Assembly: GCA_964016885.1 (NCBI GenBank)
Contig: OZ024764.1
Location: 21,886,001 to 21,950,000, forward strand
Direction of reading: 5' to 3'
Origin: Eledone cirrhosa
Taxonomy: Eukaryota
DNA length: 64,000 bases
A program made the position numbers and the translations under genes. The notes beneath the pieces were generated by a model. It saw only the letters and a list, made by a program, of their open reading frames with translations. It ran no database searches and was not told the DNA's origin. Shown here piece by piece: positions 42,501-56,893 of the stretch. How positions within the stretch are numbered: position 1 is the stretch's first letter; each line of letters begins with the position of its first letter.

Positions 42501-43864
42501 AGCTGAAGTGGCACTGATGACAGGTTCAGTGTTGAAGCCTTTCGGCTTGAGCTTTGGTGATGCCGACACAGCTTCTGTGGTAGCTTGCGTGGCATAGGTG
42601 ACTTAATTGTCTTTAAGTACTGGTTAGTGCGGGCACAGTGGGCGCAATCAGGTGGCGGGCTGGCAACAGCCGGCAGTAGAGGGCCAGCATTGGAATTCGG
42701 TGAAGGGAGTGAGTCAGTAAAGGAGACAGCAGTGGTTCTAACGGTGGGACTAAAGCGGGGGTTGGGTAGTGAGCTAACAGTTGTAGGGGTGGTGTGGTTG
42801 GCCGGGTTGGATTCGTTCGGAATCTGCCGTGAAGGAGAGGAGGGGTAGGTGGGGTCAAGTTAGCTCCTCTCGTGCGTGCTGCAGTTGGTGGAGAATGAGA
42901 GGTCGAAGGCTGACCGGTTGTCACATTAGTCGTTCCACCAAGCAGGTCTCTTGGTCGTTCGACGCATGCCACCCCCACCTAGAGTGGACTAGGTTAAAGT
43001 GGTGGCAACTTTAGCAATCGGCAATCACCGGTGATAGTTCGGTCGAAACATCGGGCCACCGGCGGGTTCAACGAATACCTAGGTGGGCTGTGCGTGAGGA
43101 GGAAGTAAGGGTTGAGCAAGGGGAGGGATGGAAGGTGGAGAAGGAGTGAGAAGATGATAAGTGCGTAGAGAGGAGTGTGGTCATGTGAGAGGCAGATAAA
43201 TACAGTGGGAGAGAAAGAGCACTGAACATGCAAAGAGAAGGAAAATAAAAACGCTAGAAATACAAAATCTAAGGCTGTGAGTTTGTGTAATAGTTCGCAT
43301 GGGTAAATCCGCAGTAAAAACCGAAATTTTGAGTTTGTGTAAAAAAGAAAAAAAAAAAAAACATGGGCAAGACTTAAGTAAAATCAAAACCTGAATGATA
43401 GTGATACAAGATGTTTACAATTACGGAGTGATTACATTACTGGACCTGAATTCTATCAAGTGGTCAAAGCTTCTAATTCTGTGAAATAGAATGGAAGTAT
43501 GGATTGACCTTTCAGTCACACCTGACTATAAATAGATTCAGGTTATTTCAAGAGGGAGATGGGATGGTTCCTCGCCATTTATAATTATTTATATTTTATA
43601 TTTGGGGGGTTTGATTTTGAAAAATTGTAAGTGTATGTTAAGGAGGAAAGTATAATTGTGTGATACAATTGCTCCAGGTTGTTTCCTACGTTGTTGCCAC
43701 AAACAATTCTTTTTTCCTCCGAACATCTGTTATTCCTCTCCGTAGATTATAAATGGTAAAATCCGTTCGATCCAACCGAATGGAAAATCCAGTTCCTTGA
43801 AGAATATTTTGAGTTGTCTCGGACAAAGCAAAAAAGGGGGCAAGTTGAAAATGTTTACCTCGTT
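39590..43864 (-). mobile_element. CRE-like (restriction-like endonuclease) non-LTR retrotransposon, near full length, inactivated
   Basis: N-terminal PHD-like Cys cluster; LTKPNGDLRRIAV, LKLDLRNAFNSV, GVQQGDPLG, W*LDD; RLE motifs DGKRPDGLTL..W..WDVT..FQPVAFETFG; empty site at about 24903. Confidence 0.88.
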
Positions 43865-44318
43865 TGGTGGTCAATTGCCATCTCCCACTGTGTTTTTCTT
43901 TCCTTTATCATTATTGTTCAATAAATTATATTATTATACACAGTTTAGACAATATATTTGTAATGTCTTTCTCAGGGAATTGCCAGCAATTTATAATGTT
44001 ATTTACACACTTATGTTATTTATGTATATATTTAAAACATATTTACAACGTTATTCTACTGTAAATTTATACAATTGTAATAAAATATATTAATTATATC
44101 ATCACATAATATAAAAACGACCTTTAGAATATTTAAATATTTAGTTTTGTTAATTTATTTTTCAGCAACAATAAAAGTTTTCACTTTAATTAATTAGAGG
44201 TAGGTAAAATATAGATAATTACGATAACATTTTATATTTCCAGTAATGAAACAAACAAGAAAATATATATTTGTGATGTGAAAAGTGAGCTTAAATCTAC
44301 AATATTAATAGACATAAT

Positions 44319-44463
44319 ACTTACATTATAGTCTCAGGAGTTTAGTATTTACAGAAATGTTGTCTAAATGTTGTTGTAGGAAGACTAACACGTGGACAGG
44401 AAGTCGACAACTGCACCACTGCGCATGCTTCAATGTCAAAGGTCAAGTTTTTTTGTGACGTAA
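44319..44463 (-). promoter_or_regulatory. Candidate promoter and exon 1 of ZNF3
   Basis: Same E-box/ETS/NRF1-like/TGACGT cluster and GTAAGT donor (44324-44319). Confidence 0.6.
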
Positions 44464-44943
44464 AATATTTTTACCGAATTAAATTATGTAAAGTTTGTAA
44501 TAAAAAAATGAAGTTGAAAACAGTAAATGTAATTAAAATAGAGAAAGTAAGGTGTTGGTGGTGAGGAATGGACGGTAGACGTTTTACCTCAGTCTAGGTA
44601 GTGTATTTTACCTGTGTCACTCGGACAATAGCCAGCGATGACCACTACACCAACCACTCTCTCCTTCAGGTGGTGTCCACTTTCGTGAGTCTGTAGAATA
44701 ACAGGGCAGTTGGAAGGCAGAGGAGGTCTTGACTTGAAAAGAGTATCACTTGATACCTCGATATAACCTGTTGGTAGAAATAGTAGGGTGCTGGATCAAT
44801 CGAGTACTGTGGCAGAGATCACCGGGTATCTTGGGTCATATGGAGGCTAAGTTGCCAGAACAGCTAAGTACCCTGACAGAGATCACCGTGTATCTCGGTA
44901 AGATCGGGTCATATGGAGGCTAAGCTACCAGAACAGCTAAGTA

Positions 44944-45524
44944 TGTAGTGACCTACGTTCCGCGGGCTCACATACATTCTCTGTGCGTGATTTGGCTCAG
45001 TTCAGCCAATCAGCGCCAGTAGAAGAGGATGTATCCCTACGCGCCCTGAGGAAGAAATTCCCCGCGAAGATTTGAAGAATCTCTCTCTTGTACCGGAAAC
45101 TTCAAGCCAGCAACATGCATAATGTAACGGTGACATTTGCACCCTAGCCTCGCCGGCTTAACGGCGCAATGGCACATTCCCTTTTGTAACCTCTTTTTAT
45201 CTGTAACTTCAACCATATAAATAAACAAACATTTCATCTCTAATTACTGCTGTTGAAATCATTATTATGTTACTCGTGTCTCAATAACATCTATAATCCA
45301 TGCTGCTGGAATTGGCGACCTGACGAAAGGAATATTGTAAATAGATGGTAAATAGATCGAGGGACCTTCCCTCACGTCTATGTCAACAAGATAATCCAAC
45401 GAGGATACTATCACTTACCACACTGGCAACTAACGACCTTCAATCATCTACCCTGTTAAAGTAACGACCACTGATTCTACCACCCTGCTAAAGTGGCGAC
45501 TACTCTATAACCAATACTGCTAAA
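44944..45524 (+). mobile_element. Probable solo LTR
   Basis: Unit-specific insertion beginning TGTAG and ending CTAAA (one mismatch from CTACA); TSD AGTA (or AAGTA); contains CCAAT and AATAAA. Confidence 0.7.
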
Positions 45525-46401
45525 AGTACCATCACAAGAGTCATCGGGTATCTCGGTAAGATCTGGTTATAAGGAAGCTAAGCTACCAGAACAGCTAAGT
45601 ACCCTCACAAGAATCATCGGGTACTTCGGTAAAGCCAGCCGCCAACAGTGACCACAACTTCGTTGTCAGCAGCCCAGCTTCTCAAACATCACAGACTGGA
45701 ATAAATACTTTGCCGATAATTACTGGTAGTTTAGCTTTTATTTCGTTCGTCTACAGAAGCAGTGACCCTCACTTTTACTACAACATGTAGGATGTGGGAG
45801 GGAGACAAAAACATCACTAACTGTGGTCTCACAAATGTGACAGTTAGTTTTCAAAATACATATACAAGATACAAGACAAATGACTAGACTGAAATATATT
45901 TGATAGGGAATAAAGAGTAGAATATTCTAGTCTGTGGTGTTGGAGAAGTTTGGAGGAGATAGGTCCCTGACAACGAGGTTCTTGTTATCGTTGGCAGCTC
46001 TCCTTACCGAGGTGTCAGGTGATACATATGAGGGTGTTTGGTAGTTCCAACATCTTAGCCTTGCTATCACTCGAGGTAAGACTGTCTCAGAAAGTATTAG
46101 AGGGAGACTCCGGCACCCCATGTGATGTGAGACTGATTGACAGAGTGTTGACTTAATATTTTCATTTGTTGTGATTCTATGTGAAATATATCTCTATGTA
46201 AGTAACTTGGTTACGTGAATCATTGTGAATCTCGTAAATAGTTAAACAGAAATCTACTTAGGACACAAAATAAAGCAGGTTACGTAGAACAAAGTATTTA
46301 AAGGACGTACATCAAAAAGAAGGGTGGATGTAACGAGAGTTGTCTCCCCTTACATATGTAATACAGTAGTGTATGTTTGTGTTTCTCTCTATATACTTTT
46401 T

Positions 46402-46613
46402 ATGATCGACTTTTCGTCAAATCGGACCGAAGAAACAATGTTTCCATTGGTCTTTCCAATTGCTAATACTATCTATCGGTCGCAACTCCAGGTAGAAGGA
46501 GCAACGTGAAATAAAATGTCTTGCTCCAGGACAGAACGCATCGCCCAGTCTGAGAATCGAACTCACAACCTCACAATTCCGAATCCAATTCTCTAACCAC
46601 TCAGCCACACGCC
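46402..46613 (-). mobile_element. tRNA-derived SINE (headless parts at about 11140-11228 and 26904-26992; + strand copy at about 63424-63592)
   Basis: A box TGGCTGAGTGG and B box GTTCGATTC, then a CCT(G/T)GAGCAAGACA body; no tRNA acceptor stem. Confidence 0.75.
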
Positions 46614-46621
46614 TTCATATA

Positions 46622-47006
46622 TATACCAAACATTGTCAACAGAAAGAAGTGTCAAGCCTCAGGACAAAACACTAAAAATGGTTGAATAGTAGCAAATAAA
46701 TGTTCAGTTTTGAACTGTTGTTATTTGTGTACAATGTATTTGTTGCTGTTACAATCTGCAAGTATATGTTGACATGTTAAATTTTAGTTTTTTGTCAAAC
46801 TACTTCATTACTTTGTATTCATGAATGCTGCTAAAACATTTGTATGTACATCGTATGTTTCTAAATTTAAGTAACAAATCTTTCTGCAATATATTTTATT
46901 AAATGACTTTAATTAGCTGTAATGTACATAATTAGTTGTAGTGTGCAACCCTCAGACAACACACGTGACCTATGTGGCTCTTGGGGAACCCTGTTTCTTA
47001 TGTCTC
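46622..47006 (+). mobile_element. Right end of the same hAT insertion
   Basis: Matches 29354-29737 and is followed by the same ACCTACAT. Confidence 0.9.
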
Positions 47007-49623
47007 ACCTACATGATAAACACACCCAACACAGGCTGTAATGTGGTTGGTCATGTGAAGGACATCTAGCCATAGAAAGCTTGCCCGACAATAGTGTCGG
47101 AGAACCCTTCAATCATGACAAAGACATGACAACCTTTTCTGTGCACTCAGTAGCAAATGAGACCTTATGTAAATAAGTCTCAGATCCTTGGTCCGTCTGG
47201 GAGATCAGTAGCCTCACTTCAGTACTTACTTGGTTGAAGTAGACTCATTAAACCCTTGCTAGCAGGGAAATCTGATGTTGATTATGTAACCTCAACCTCT
47301 TCTTATTAACCCACTCATTCCAGAGAGGGTCTTGGGGGCAGAGTCCTCAAACACTCCCTCCAACAGGTCCTGTCAGAAGCAACCCACTCCAACTTATCCG
47401 GCTGGATCTCCCAGAGAGACCAGCCAAGCTCATGGATGTTATGTGACCATCTTGCTCAGGTCTACCCCTGGGTCTCCTGCCAGTTAGTTTTGCCTGTAAA
47501 ATCTATCCAGTGATTCTTTCCTCAGACATTCTAACCACATGGCCATAGTATTGCAGCTGTGATCTCTCAATTAGGAGAAGTAACAGCTCCACCTGGAGTG
47601 ACTCTCTGATCTCAGAGCTATGCACTTTATTGAGAAACGTTCCTTCAAAGACCCTTCAGAGGAATCCCATATCTGCCATTTGTATTCCCAATCATATTCT
47701 TTTGGTCATTACCCAAGATATGTGACCATAGGTAAGGGTTGGCACAAAAACCTAATTGAAGACAGTAAGTTTGGCTTTTATGCCTACCTCCCTTCTTCTG
47801 ATTACTGAATATTGGAGCTGGTGCATTACTGATATTTCACTGCCCACACTGCAAAGTGGTTGGGTAGGGGTTATGACAAAAAGCACCCAACCCTCACTAT
47901 AGAGAATACACAGTCAACATTATAAGGTGGTCATGTAGGTGACATGACAAAAAGCACCCAACCCACACTGCGAAGAACACACAGCCAACACTCTAAGGTG
48001 GTCATGTAGGTGATATGACAAAAAGCACCCAATCCACACTGTAAAGAACACACAGCCACACTATAAGCTGGTCATGTAGGTGATATGACAAAAAGAAACC
48101 AGCCCACACTGTAAAGTATCTGCGTAGGTGTCACGGCAAAAAGCACCCAGCCCAAACTGTAAAGTGGTCATGTAGGTGACAACAAAAAGTACCCAGCCAA
48201 AACTTTAAAATGGTCATGTAGGTGTCACGACAAAAAGCACCCAGTCCACACTGTAAAGTGGTCATGTAGGTGTCACAACAAAAAGCACCCAGTACTTAAT
48301 GTAAATAAGCTTGGTTGTAGGAAGGTCATCCAGCTGTAGAAACCAAACCAAAATTTGTTCTGTAGGAGCAACACGTGGTCACCTGACCTGGCATTGCTTA
48401 CAACAGGATAACTCGTCTAACCCATGCCAGCGCAGAAAAACTGATGTAAAACAGTGATGATGATATAACATTTGTTTAATAATGAATTCCAATCTCATTG
48501 TTAACAGCTATAGATGTCAGGATGTGAACCTTCTTACTGAAATATCTTCTCCATGTTAGTGGCTGAAGAAGATTTAGAAAACTTTCACACAATAACAGTA
48601 TTCCCTAACTTCTCCCCTAAAAAATACAAGACAAGCAGGGCCAGACTTTTACCTACTGAAGCCCTAAGCTATATGAAGTTAGAGGTTCTTTTCTAAAAAT
48701 ATATAATTATCTTTTATATTAATGTTAATGATAAAGAATAAATAATATAATAAATATACCACCATAGGTGCTGAGGTGGCTAGCTGCTGGTGTGAGCCTC
48801 ACAAGATGGAATGGCTCTTCCAGCACATCTAGAACAACATGACCCTCTAATATCTAGTATTTAGTAACAAACTAGACCACCCGGGACCTGTTGGGTCACG
48901 TTCCTTTATCACTATTTTTTAAAAGTCATTTAAAATAATTTTTAAATAGTTAAAATATACACATACGTATATATATATATCATCATCATCATAATCAACG
49001 TTTTACGTCCGTTCTTCCATGCTAGCATGGGTTAGACGAGTTGTCCTGTTGTGGGCAGCGTCTGGTCGGCTGACCATGCCTTGCTCATACAGGAACTGAT
49101 TTGGCTTGATTTCTACAGCTGGATGCCCTTCCTAACACCAACCTCATTTACAGTGAGTGTTGGCTGCTTTTTCGTGGCGCCTACATGTCCATTTTACAGT
49201 GTAGGCTGGGTGCTTTTTTGCCGTGGCACCTCCACGACCACCTTGCAATGGGAGGGTGTGGGGGCATATTGTCTATATGCTTCATACGTATATATATATA
49301 CAGATACATATATATGAACATACGTATATATATATATGTATATACACACACACATATTTTATTAAACAACACCACCAGCTCTCACTCTCTCACCACCACT
49401 ATCTCTTACTCTCCCTATATTTATGAAGGTACCCAGAAAACCCTGTATCTTGGGAAACTGTGCTCCAATTTATACAAAACTTGTTTTATTCCTTTCAAAG
49501 TATTTCCCCATTATGCACCGTTTTAGCTGTATTAAATTACGGACAAGACACAATCACAGAGTTTTAGTAGTATATAGATAATATAGCTTCAAATTAAAGT
49601 TAGTAAACGACAGTTTGGAGAAA

Positions 49624-51674
49624 TAATCATCATCATCATCGTTTAACGTCCCTGTTCCACGCTTGCATTGGTTTGGACGGGGGTTTTCCTACTTGAGGCA
49701 AGAGTGGTTGTCTTGCTCGCATAGGACTGTCTGGCGGGTTTTCTACAGCTGGATGCCCTTCCTAACACCAACCACATTTACAGTGTGGGACTGGGAGGTT
49801 GTTACCGTGTTGCCTACACGGTCACATTACAGCATGGACTGTGTGTTTTTTTGTCGTGGCACCTACACGATCTCGTTTGTTTCGGCCTGGATGTTGTGGC
49901 ACCAACATAACTTTGCATTGAAGGGGGCGGTGTGGATAGAGTGGGATGGGGTGAATTTTGTTAGAGATGCCTACTGACTAGTAGGTTTTACTTTGTATTT
50001 AGGTAAGGCGGGTCTTCTCTGTTACTGAGTACCGCCAAAGGTCTTGGTCCAGTGACATTGTCTTGGAGAGGTGTGTGTGAGGTCGGAATTTACCATCTCG
50101 TCCCAGGTTTTCCTGGGTCTGCCTACTCCGTGGCTACCATCTATCTTTGTTGCCCTGCACTTTGTTATACAGCTGTCGTCTTTCATGTGCATCACGTGTC
50201 AATACCAACGTAGCCTTCTCTCGAGTAAACAACATCTGATCCCTCTTATTTCTAATTTTTTCCTTAGTTCGTTTATGCTTTGCCGTTTACGTATATTACT
50301 ATTACACATCCAGGGGAGCATGCAAGCTTCGTTCCTCTCTAATCTGCGTATATCCTCTGCACACAATGCCCAGGTCTCACTGCCATGCAACATTGCTGTT
50401 CGTATGCAGGCATCATACAACCTGCCTTTCATTTTTAGGGAGAACCCTTTAGCGGCTAATAGTGGTATAAGCTCTCCGAACTTTTTCCATCCAGTTCTGA
50501 CTCTAGCTACTGTACTTTCAGAGCACCCTCCCCCACTGCTGATTTTGTCACCCAGGTAACGGAAGCTGTCCACTATTTCTATAGAGCCCTGTGCGCAGTT
50601 GAATGAGCTAGTATTTTGTGAGCACTTGCTGCTACTTATTGCACCAGAGCACCGGCCACATGTAAAATCTGTGTTCTTAGTTAGCTTACCTGTGATCCCA
50701 CAACATCTTTTATGCACCCATACTTTGCATTTGGGACATAAAATGGAGTTTCTACCTACGCCTTTCCTACACACTGAGCATGGCCATTTCCCGGAAGGGA
50801 CCGGCGCCTTATTTTCTTTCCTACAAACTAGAACTTTAGTCTTAGCCAGGTTAATTTTAAGGCCTTTTGATTCTAGGCCGTGCTTCCATGTTTGGAATTT
50901 CTTCTCTAGCTCGGGCATTGATTCAGCTATGAGCGTTAGATCATCTGCGTATAGGAGTTCCCATGGGCAGCCGGTCTTGAACTCCTCTGTTATAGCCTGA
51001 AGGCAATAATAAATAGTAGGGGGCTAAGAACAGAGCCCTGATGGACACCAACTTTTACGCTAAACTCTTCACTATATTCGTTGTTAATTCTAACCTTGCT
51101 GACTGTTTCTTTATACATGGCTTGTATGGCTCTCACAAGCCATTCGTCAACACCTAGTTTTCTAAGAGCCCACCAGATAATGGAACGGGGGACTCTGTCG
51201 AAGGCTTTCTCCAAGTCGACAAAAGCTAAGTATAGGGGTTTACTTTTAGCTAGGTACATCTCCTGTAGTTGTCGTACAATGAAAAGAGCGTCTGTGGTAC
51301 TTTTGCCTGACACAAACCTGAACTGCATTTCATCTAGGTCAATTCTCTCTCTGATTAGTTGCGCTATTACTTTTTCCGTGACCTTCATGACCTGGTCGAT
51401 TAATTTAATGCCTCTATAGTTACTCCTATCTAGGGCGTCTCCTTTACCCTTGTAACAGTTAACGATGATGCTGCTACGCCAGTCCTTCGGAACAACCCCA
51501 TTCTGTATGACTTGGTTAACTATGCGGGTGACCATGGTGTGTCCCACCGTACCGGAGGCTTTCAGCATCTCAGCAACTATTTCCGAAGTCCCAGCCGCCT
51601 TACCCGTCTTCATATCTTTGATTGCCTTACTTATTATACTACCTTCGACTAACACTGCTGGTCCCTCTATCAGT
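49624..51674 (-). mobile_element. 5'-truncated RTE LINE (same family as 30300-31967, independent site)
   Basis: ORFs 50990..51679 and 50199..50918; (GAT)n tail; interrupts GGAGAAATCTGTAACATT, which is intact in other units. Confidence 0.93.
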
Positions 51675-52875
51675 AACATTTATTAAACATTCCTCAAGTT
51701 TGTCAATTCTATAGCACAATAGTTTGTTAGTTAAAGTGTTTAGTTAGATATTCTACATATAAAGAAGAGAGAATACTTTACCACAAATATTACAGTGGTA
51801 TAATGATATTCCCATCTCTTCTGGAAAATATTCCTATGTTGATGTAAATATTTCTATTGTTCATAATTTTATCAAATGTGATATTTGTCAATATCCAAAT
51901 ATTTTGAAAACTCCTTTGTAAATATCCAAAGTTTAATCAGAATGTAAAATCATCAACATAGACTAGATACTAGGTGTAAGATCTAGAGGGACTGACAGAT
52001 ACAAGACTATCTGGAGATAGAAGGGTTGGAGAGTAAAACATCTCCCTGTTAAATATAAGATCTACAGGGACTGTGAGAGTGGTACAAGACAACCTAGAGA
52101 AAAGGGTAGGGACAGTAAAATATCTCCGTTAAATATAAGATCTAGAGGGACTGTGAGAGAGGTACAAGACAACCTAGAGAAAAGGGTAGGGACAGTAAAA
52201 GATCTCCTTGTTAAATATAAATTCAGAGATGTTCTACATGATACATATGATAAGGAGGTGGAGATTGATAGCTATGACATAGAAGATATTAGCAAGTTTC
52301 TTTCAGACAGCCTGTTGTGAACCACTGATGAGATCTGTAGTTGATGTAAGCTGCCAGCCAGATGAATGTTGCCTTGGTGATGGAATAGTACAGTAGATAG
52401 AAGTTGAAATCTAAAAGACCTGAAGAGACAGGAGGGGAACAACAATATCAAATAGTTAAAATGGAAGCTAGATATTAGGCTTACAAGTTATTGATTTCTG
52501 TTGTTATTGTTAAAATCTGTTTAATCTGTGATATTTGAGACAATGTACAGGACAATAGAATTAATACCAATGTCTGACTAACAACAACAAAAGTTTTCAT
52601 TTTATTGGCAGGTTTAAATTACAGAAGTTCCCAACCTTTACTAAAAATACAAATATATATCTTACCTGTTAAAGTATAATAAATCAAAATTTAATGTGAA
52701 AAAGTTAAATTTACACAAAATCTTCAAACACGGCTTCAAAAATAGAAACCTGGTGTTTATGATCCCTGTCCTAGGTAAAACCTACAAGGTTAACCCCAGT
52801 TTTAGCAAGGATGATGTATCTACACAATTGTTGTTGTTGTTGTAGTATGATGTAATGAGTTTGATATTGATACAG

Positions 52876-53757
<882 letters not shown>

Positions 53758-54696
53758 TCAATGACCTCAGTTTCTCACATAATTCACAGTTTTAATATTT
53801 TTCTCCTCTTAATATATGAATATTTTTCTTCTTTATGTTTATAATATTATTCCTAAAACATATTCCTCCAGATATATTTACATCAACTTTGGTCTTTCTT
53901 TATATTTAAAGATGATACAAACTGTTTTGTAGATCTCTTCAAGTTTAATATACATATAAAACCATTTTGTACAAATTCCAGAAAATGAAGAATCTAATTT
54001 TTCTGGTTTTTATTTGATTAGTTATTCCTGTAATAATGGAAATATTTCTACTCCTGTAGTTCCATCTACTATCATCTTTGTCAATATATGAAGATCTTAC
54101 AAAATCATTTGTGAATTTCTTCAGCTTTATTTTGTATCTTCTACATATTCCAGACAGCAAAGAATAGAAGTGTTATTGAGTTTACAAGAAATATTTTCCA
54201 GTATTTCTCCCATAGATTTATATAAACAAGGTTGTATCTGTTCTGTATAACAGCTTCCTTTAGTTTTTAAATAATGGTGTTGATGAAACAACTGATATAA
54301 AAGTGTTTTATCCTTTTCATATCAGTCTTTATATGTATCTAAAAACTTTCCATTATAACTTCATGAAATTGTGCAACGTTATGTTCCAAATAGTAGCTTA
54401 ATACTGAGAAATTTAGTTATATTACTAAATCCCTTCAAAGTGTTGAGTGTTTTCAAAATTATTTGAAAATGATGGGTAGTGTCTTTCATTAGAAATGGTT
54501 AATGTTGAGGATATGTCTGATGTAACGTGCTCTTTAATTCCAATGTCCTCTGGTATTCTGAAATAATAAAAGAACATTATAAGATACTCAGAAACTTGTA
54601 ATACATCAGTACAAATTTCATATAATATTTCTATATTGATAAATGGACTGTAATAAATACTAAGGCCTTCCTTGGTGAAGAATGTGCTGACTAACA

Positions 54697-55505
54697 TAGG
54701 TTAGTTATTAGTGGTAGTAGATTATACTGACTGATAAAAGTAGTTATTAGTGAGATTAGATTATACTGACTGATAAAAGTAGTTATTAGTGGCATTAGAT
54801 TATACTGACTGATAAAAGTAGTTATTAGTGACATTAGATTATACTGACTGATAAAAGTAGTTATTAGTGGCATTAGATTATACTGACTGATAAAATTAGT
54901 TATTAGTGACATTAGATTAAACTGACTGATAAAAGTAGTTATTAGTGACATTAGATTATACTGACTGATAAAAGTAGTTATTAGTGACATTAGATTAAAC
55001 TGACTGATAAAAGTAGTTATTAGTGACTTTAGATTATACTGACTGATAAAAGTAGTTATTAGTGACATTAGATTATACTGACTGATAAAATTAGTTATTA
55101 GTGACATTAGATTATACTGACTGATAAAATTAGTTATTAGTGACATTAGATTATACTGACTGATAAAAGTAGTTATTAGTGACATTAGATTATACTGACT
55201 GATAAAAGTAGTTATTAGTGACATTAGATTATACTGACTGATAAAATTAGTTATTAGTGACATTAGATTATACTGACTGATAAAAGTAGTTATTAGTGAC
55301 ATTAGATTAAACTGACTGATAAAAGTAGTTATTAGTGACATTAGATTAAACTGACTGATAAAAGTAGTTATTAGTGACATTAGATTATACTGACTGATAA
55401 AAGTAGTTATTAGTGACATTAGATTATACTGACTGATAAAAGTAGTTATTAGTGACATTATATTATACTGACTGATAAAAGTAGTTATTAGTGATATCAG
55501 ATTAA
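54697..55505 (-). repeat. 39-bp minisatellite, about 20-21 units, ZNF4 intron
   Basis: Same unit as 445-940. Confidence 0.97.
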
Positions 55506-56893
55506 CCCTTTAGTATTCACATTACTCTATATTTACTATTATATTTTCACAGTAAATGCTTTATCTCACATAATATCAAATCTATGAGATTTTGATGTTA
55601 CTTATTTTGAGAACAATACCTTAACATAAGTATAAGTGACCAGTTACGGCCAGTTTGAACAGAAAGATGTGAGAGAATTCTGGCCAGTTTATATACTAAA
55701 GGGTTAAAGAAATTAGGTGTAGAAGAATGGCTTGTGAGAAGCTGTCAGTAAAGTGTCTAGTGAGGAATTGAAGGTACAGGTAGGAGTTCATCATGGTTTA
55801 GTTCTTAGCCCACTGTTGTTCATCATAGTTCTCCAAGCCATAACAGAGAGGTTTAAAACTGGCTGTCTATGGAAACTTCTCTATGTAGATGACCAACTAT
55901 AGATATAGAATTTGAAATGGTAAGTTCTGAGAATATACTTAGCCAAAACTAAAGTGGTAATGGATAGGAGAGAAGACCCTGACCCCTTCAGGAAAGTGGC
56001 CCTGCTCCATATGTAGAAAAGGAATAAGTAGAGGTAACCACAATGACAGAGACCTAGTTATAATAGCAGGGGACTTCAATGGTCATGTTGGACAGCTCCA
56101 GGATGGATACACTGGGGTACATGGTGGTCATGGTTATGGCTCAAGAAACGATGAAGGAGTGACGCTTCTTGTCTTTTGTGATGCAAGTGAACTAACCATT
56201 TGCAACACTTCAAGAAACCTACCAACCACCTAATAACCTACCAATCAGGTGAGCACATGAGACATATTGACTTCTTGCTAGTTACGGAGTAAGACAGATA
56301 GATGGCGTCAAATACTATGGCATACCCCAGGGAACAAAGTAGCAGGAAACGACTAGATTTGTAGATAAAGAAGTGGGAGACAGGATTATCAGAGTTAAGA
56401 AGAGCTACACACTTCTCCAGTTGGCTGGGAAATAATTATCTTTCCTTAATTTTATTTCTCGAACTCTTAGATGTTTGCAATCGACTATTCTTCCTGAAAA
56501 CGGAAACCCTAACCCTAATACTGAGAAATAAAACGTCTATCGCAAGTATCTAAGGGGTCCAGAGAAAAAATACTGGAAAAGGGGTATAGCAAGAATTCTA
56601 AGAAAAATAATTATTCTCCCCCAACGTGAGGTGTGAGTAGATCTGTGAAACTACATCTCTTTGTATACTTTCACCCTACTTTTTCTACAAATCTAGTCAT
56701 TTCAGTGAGGGTACCTGGTTATTTCAGCACCGTAGCCTCACCTTACTGAGGTGTCAGGTGATACCAGTGAGGGTACCTGGTTATTTCAGCACCTTAGCCT
56801 CACCATCACCCGTTGTAATGCTGCCAGTGTGTTGGCTTGCCTCAAAGTGTGTAGTTAACCCCTAGGGTGTGAGGTGTGGCCTATTATCACACT

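Noticed and set aside
46530-46613. tRNA gene
   Set aside because: A and B boxes are present, but there is no cloverleaf and the sequence runs into a SINE body
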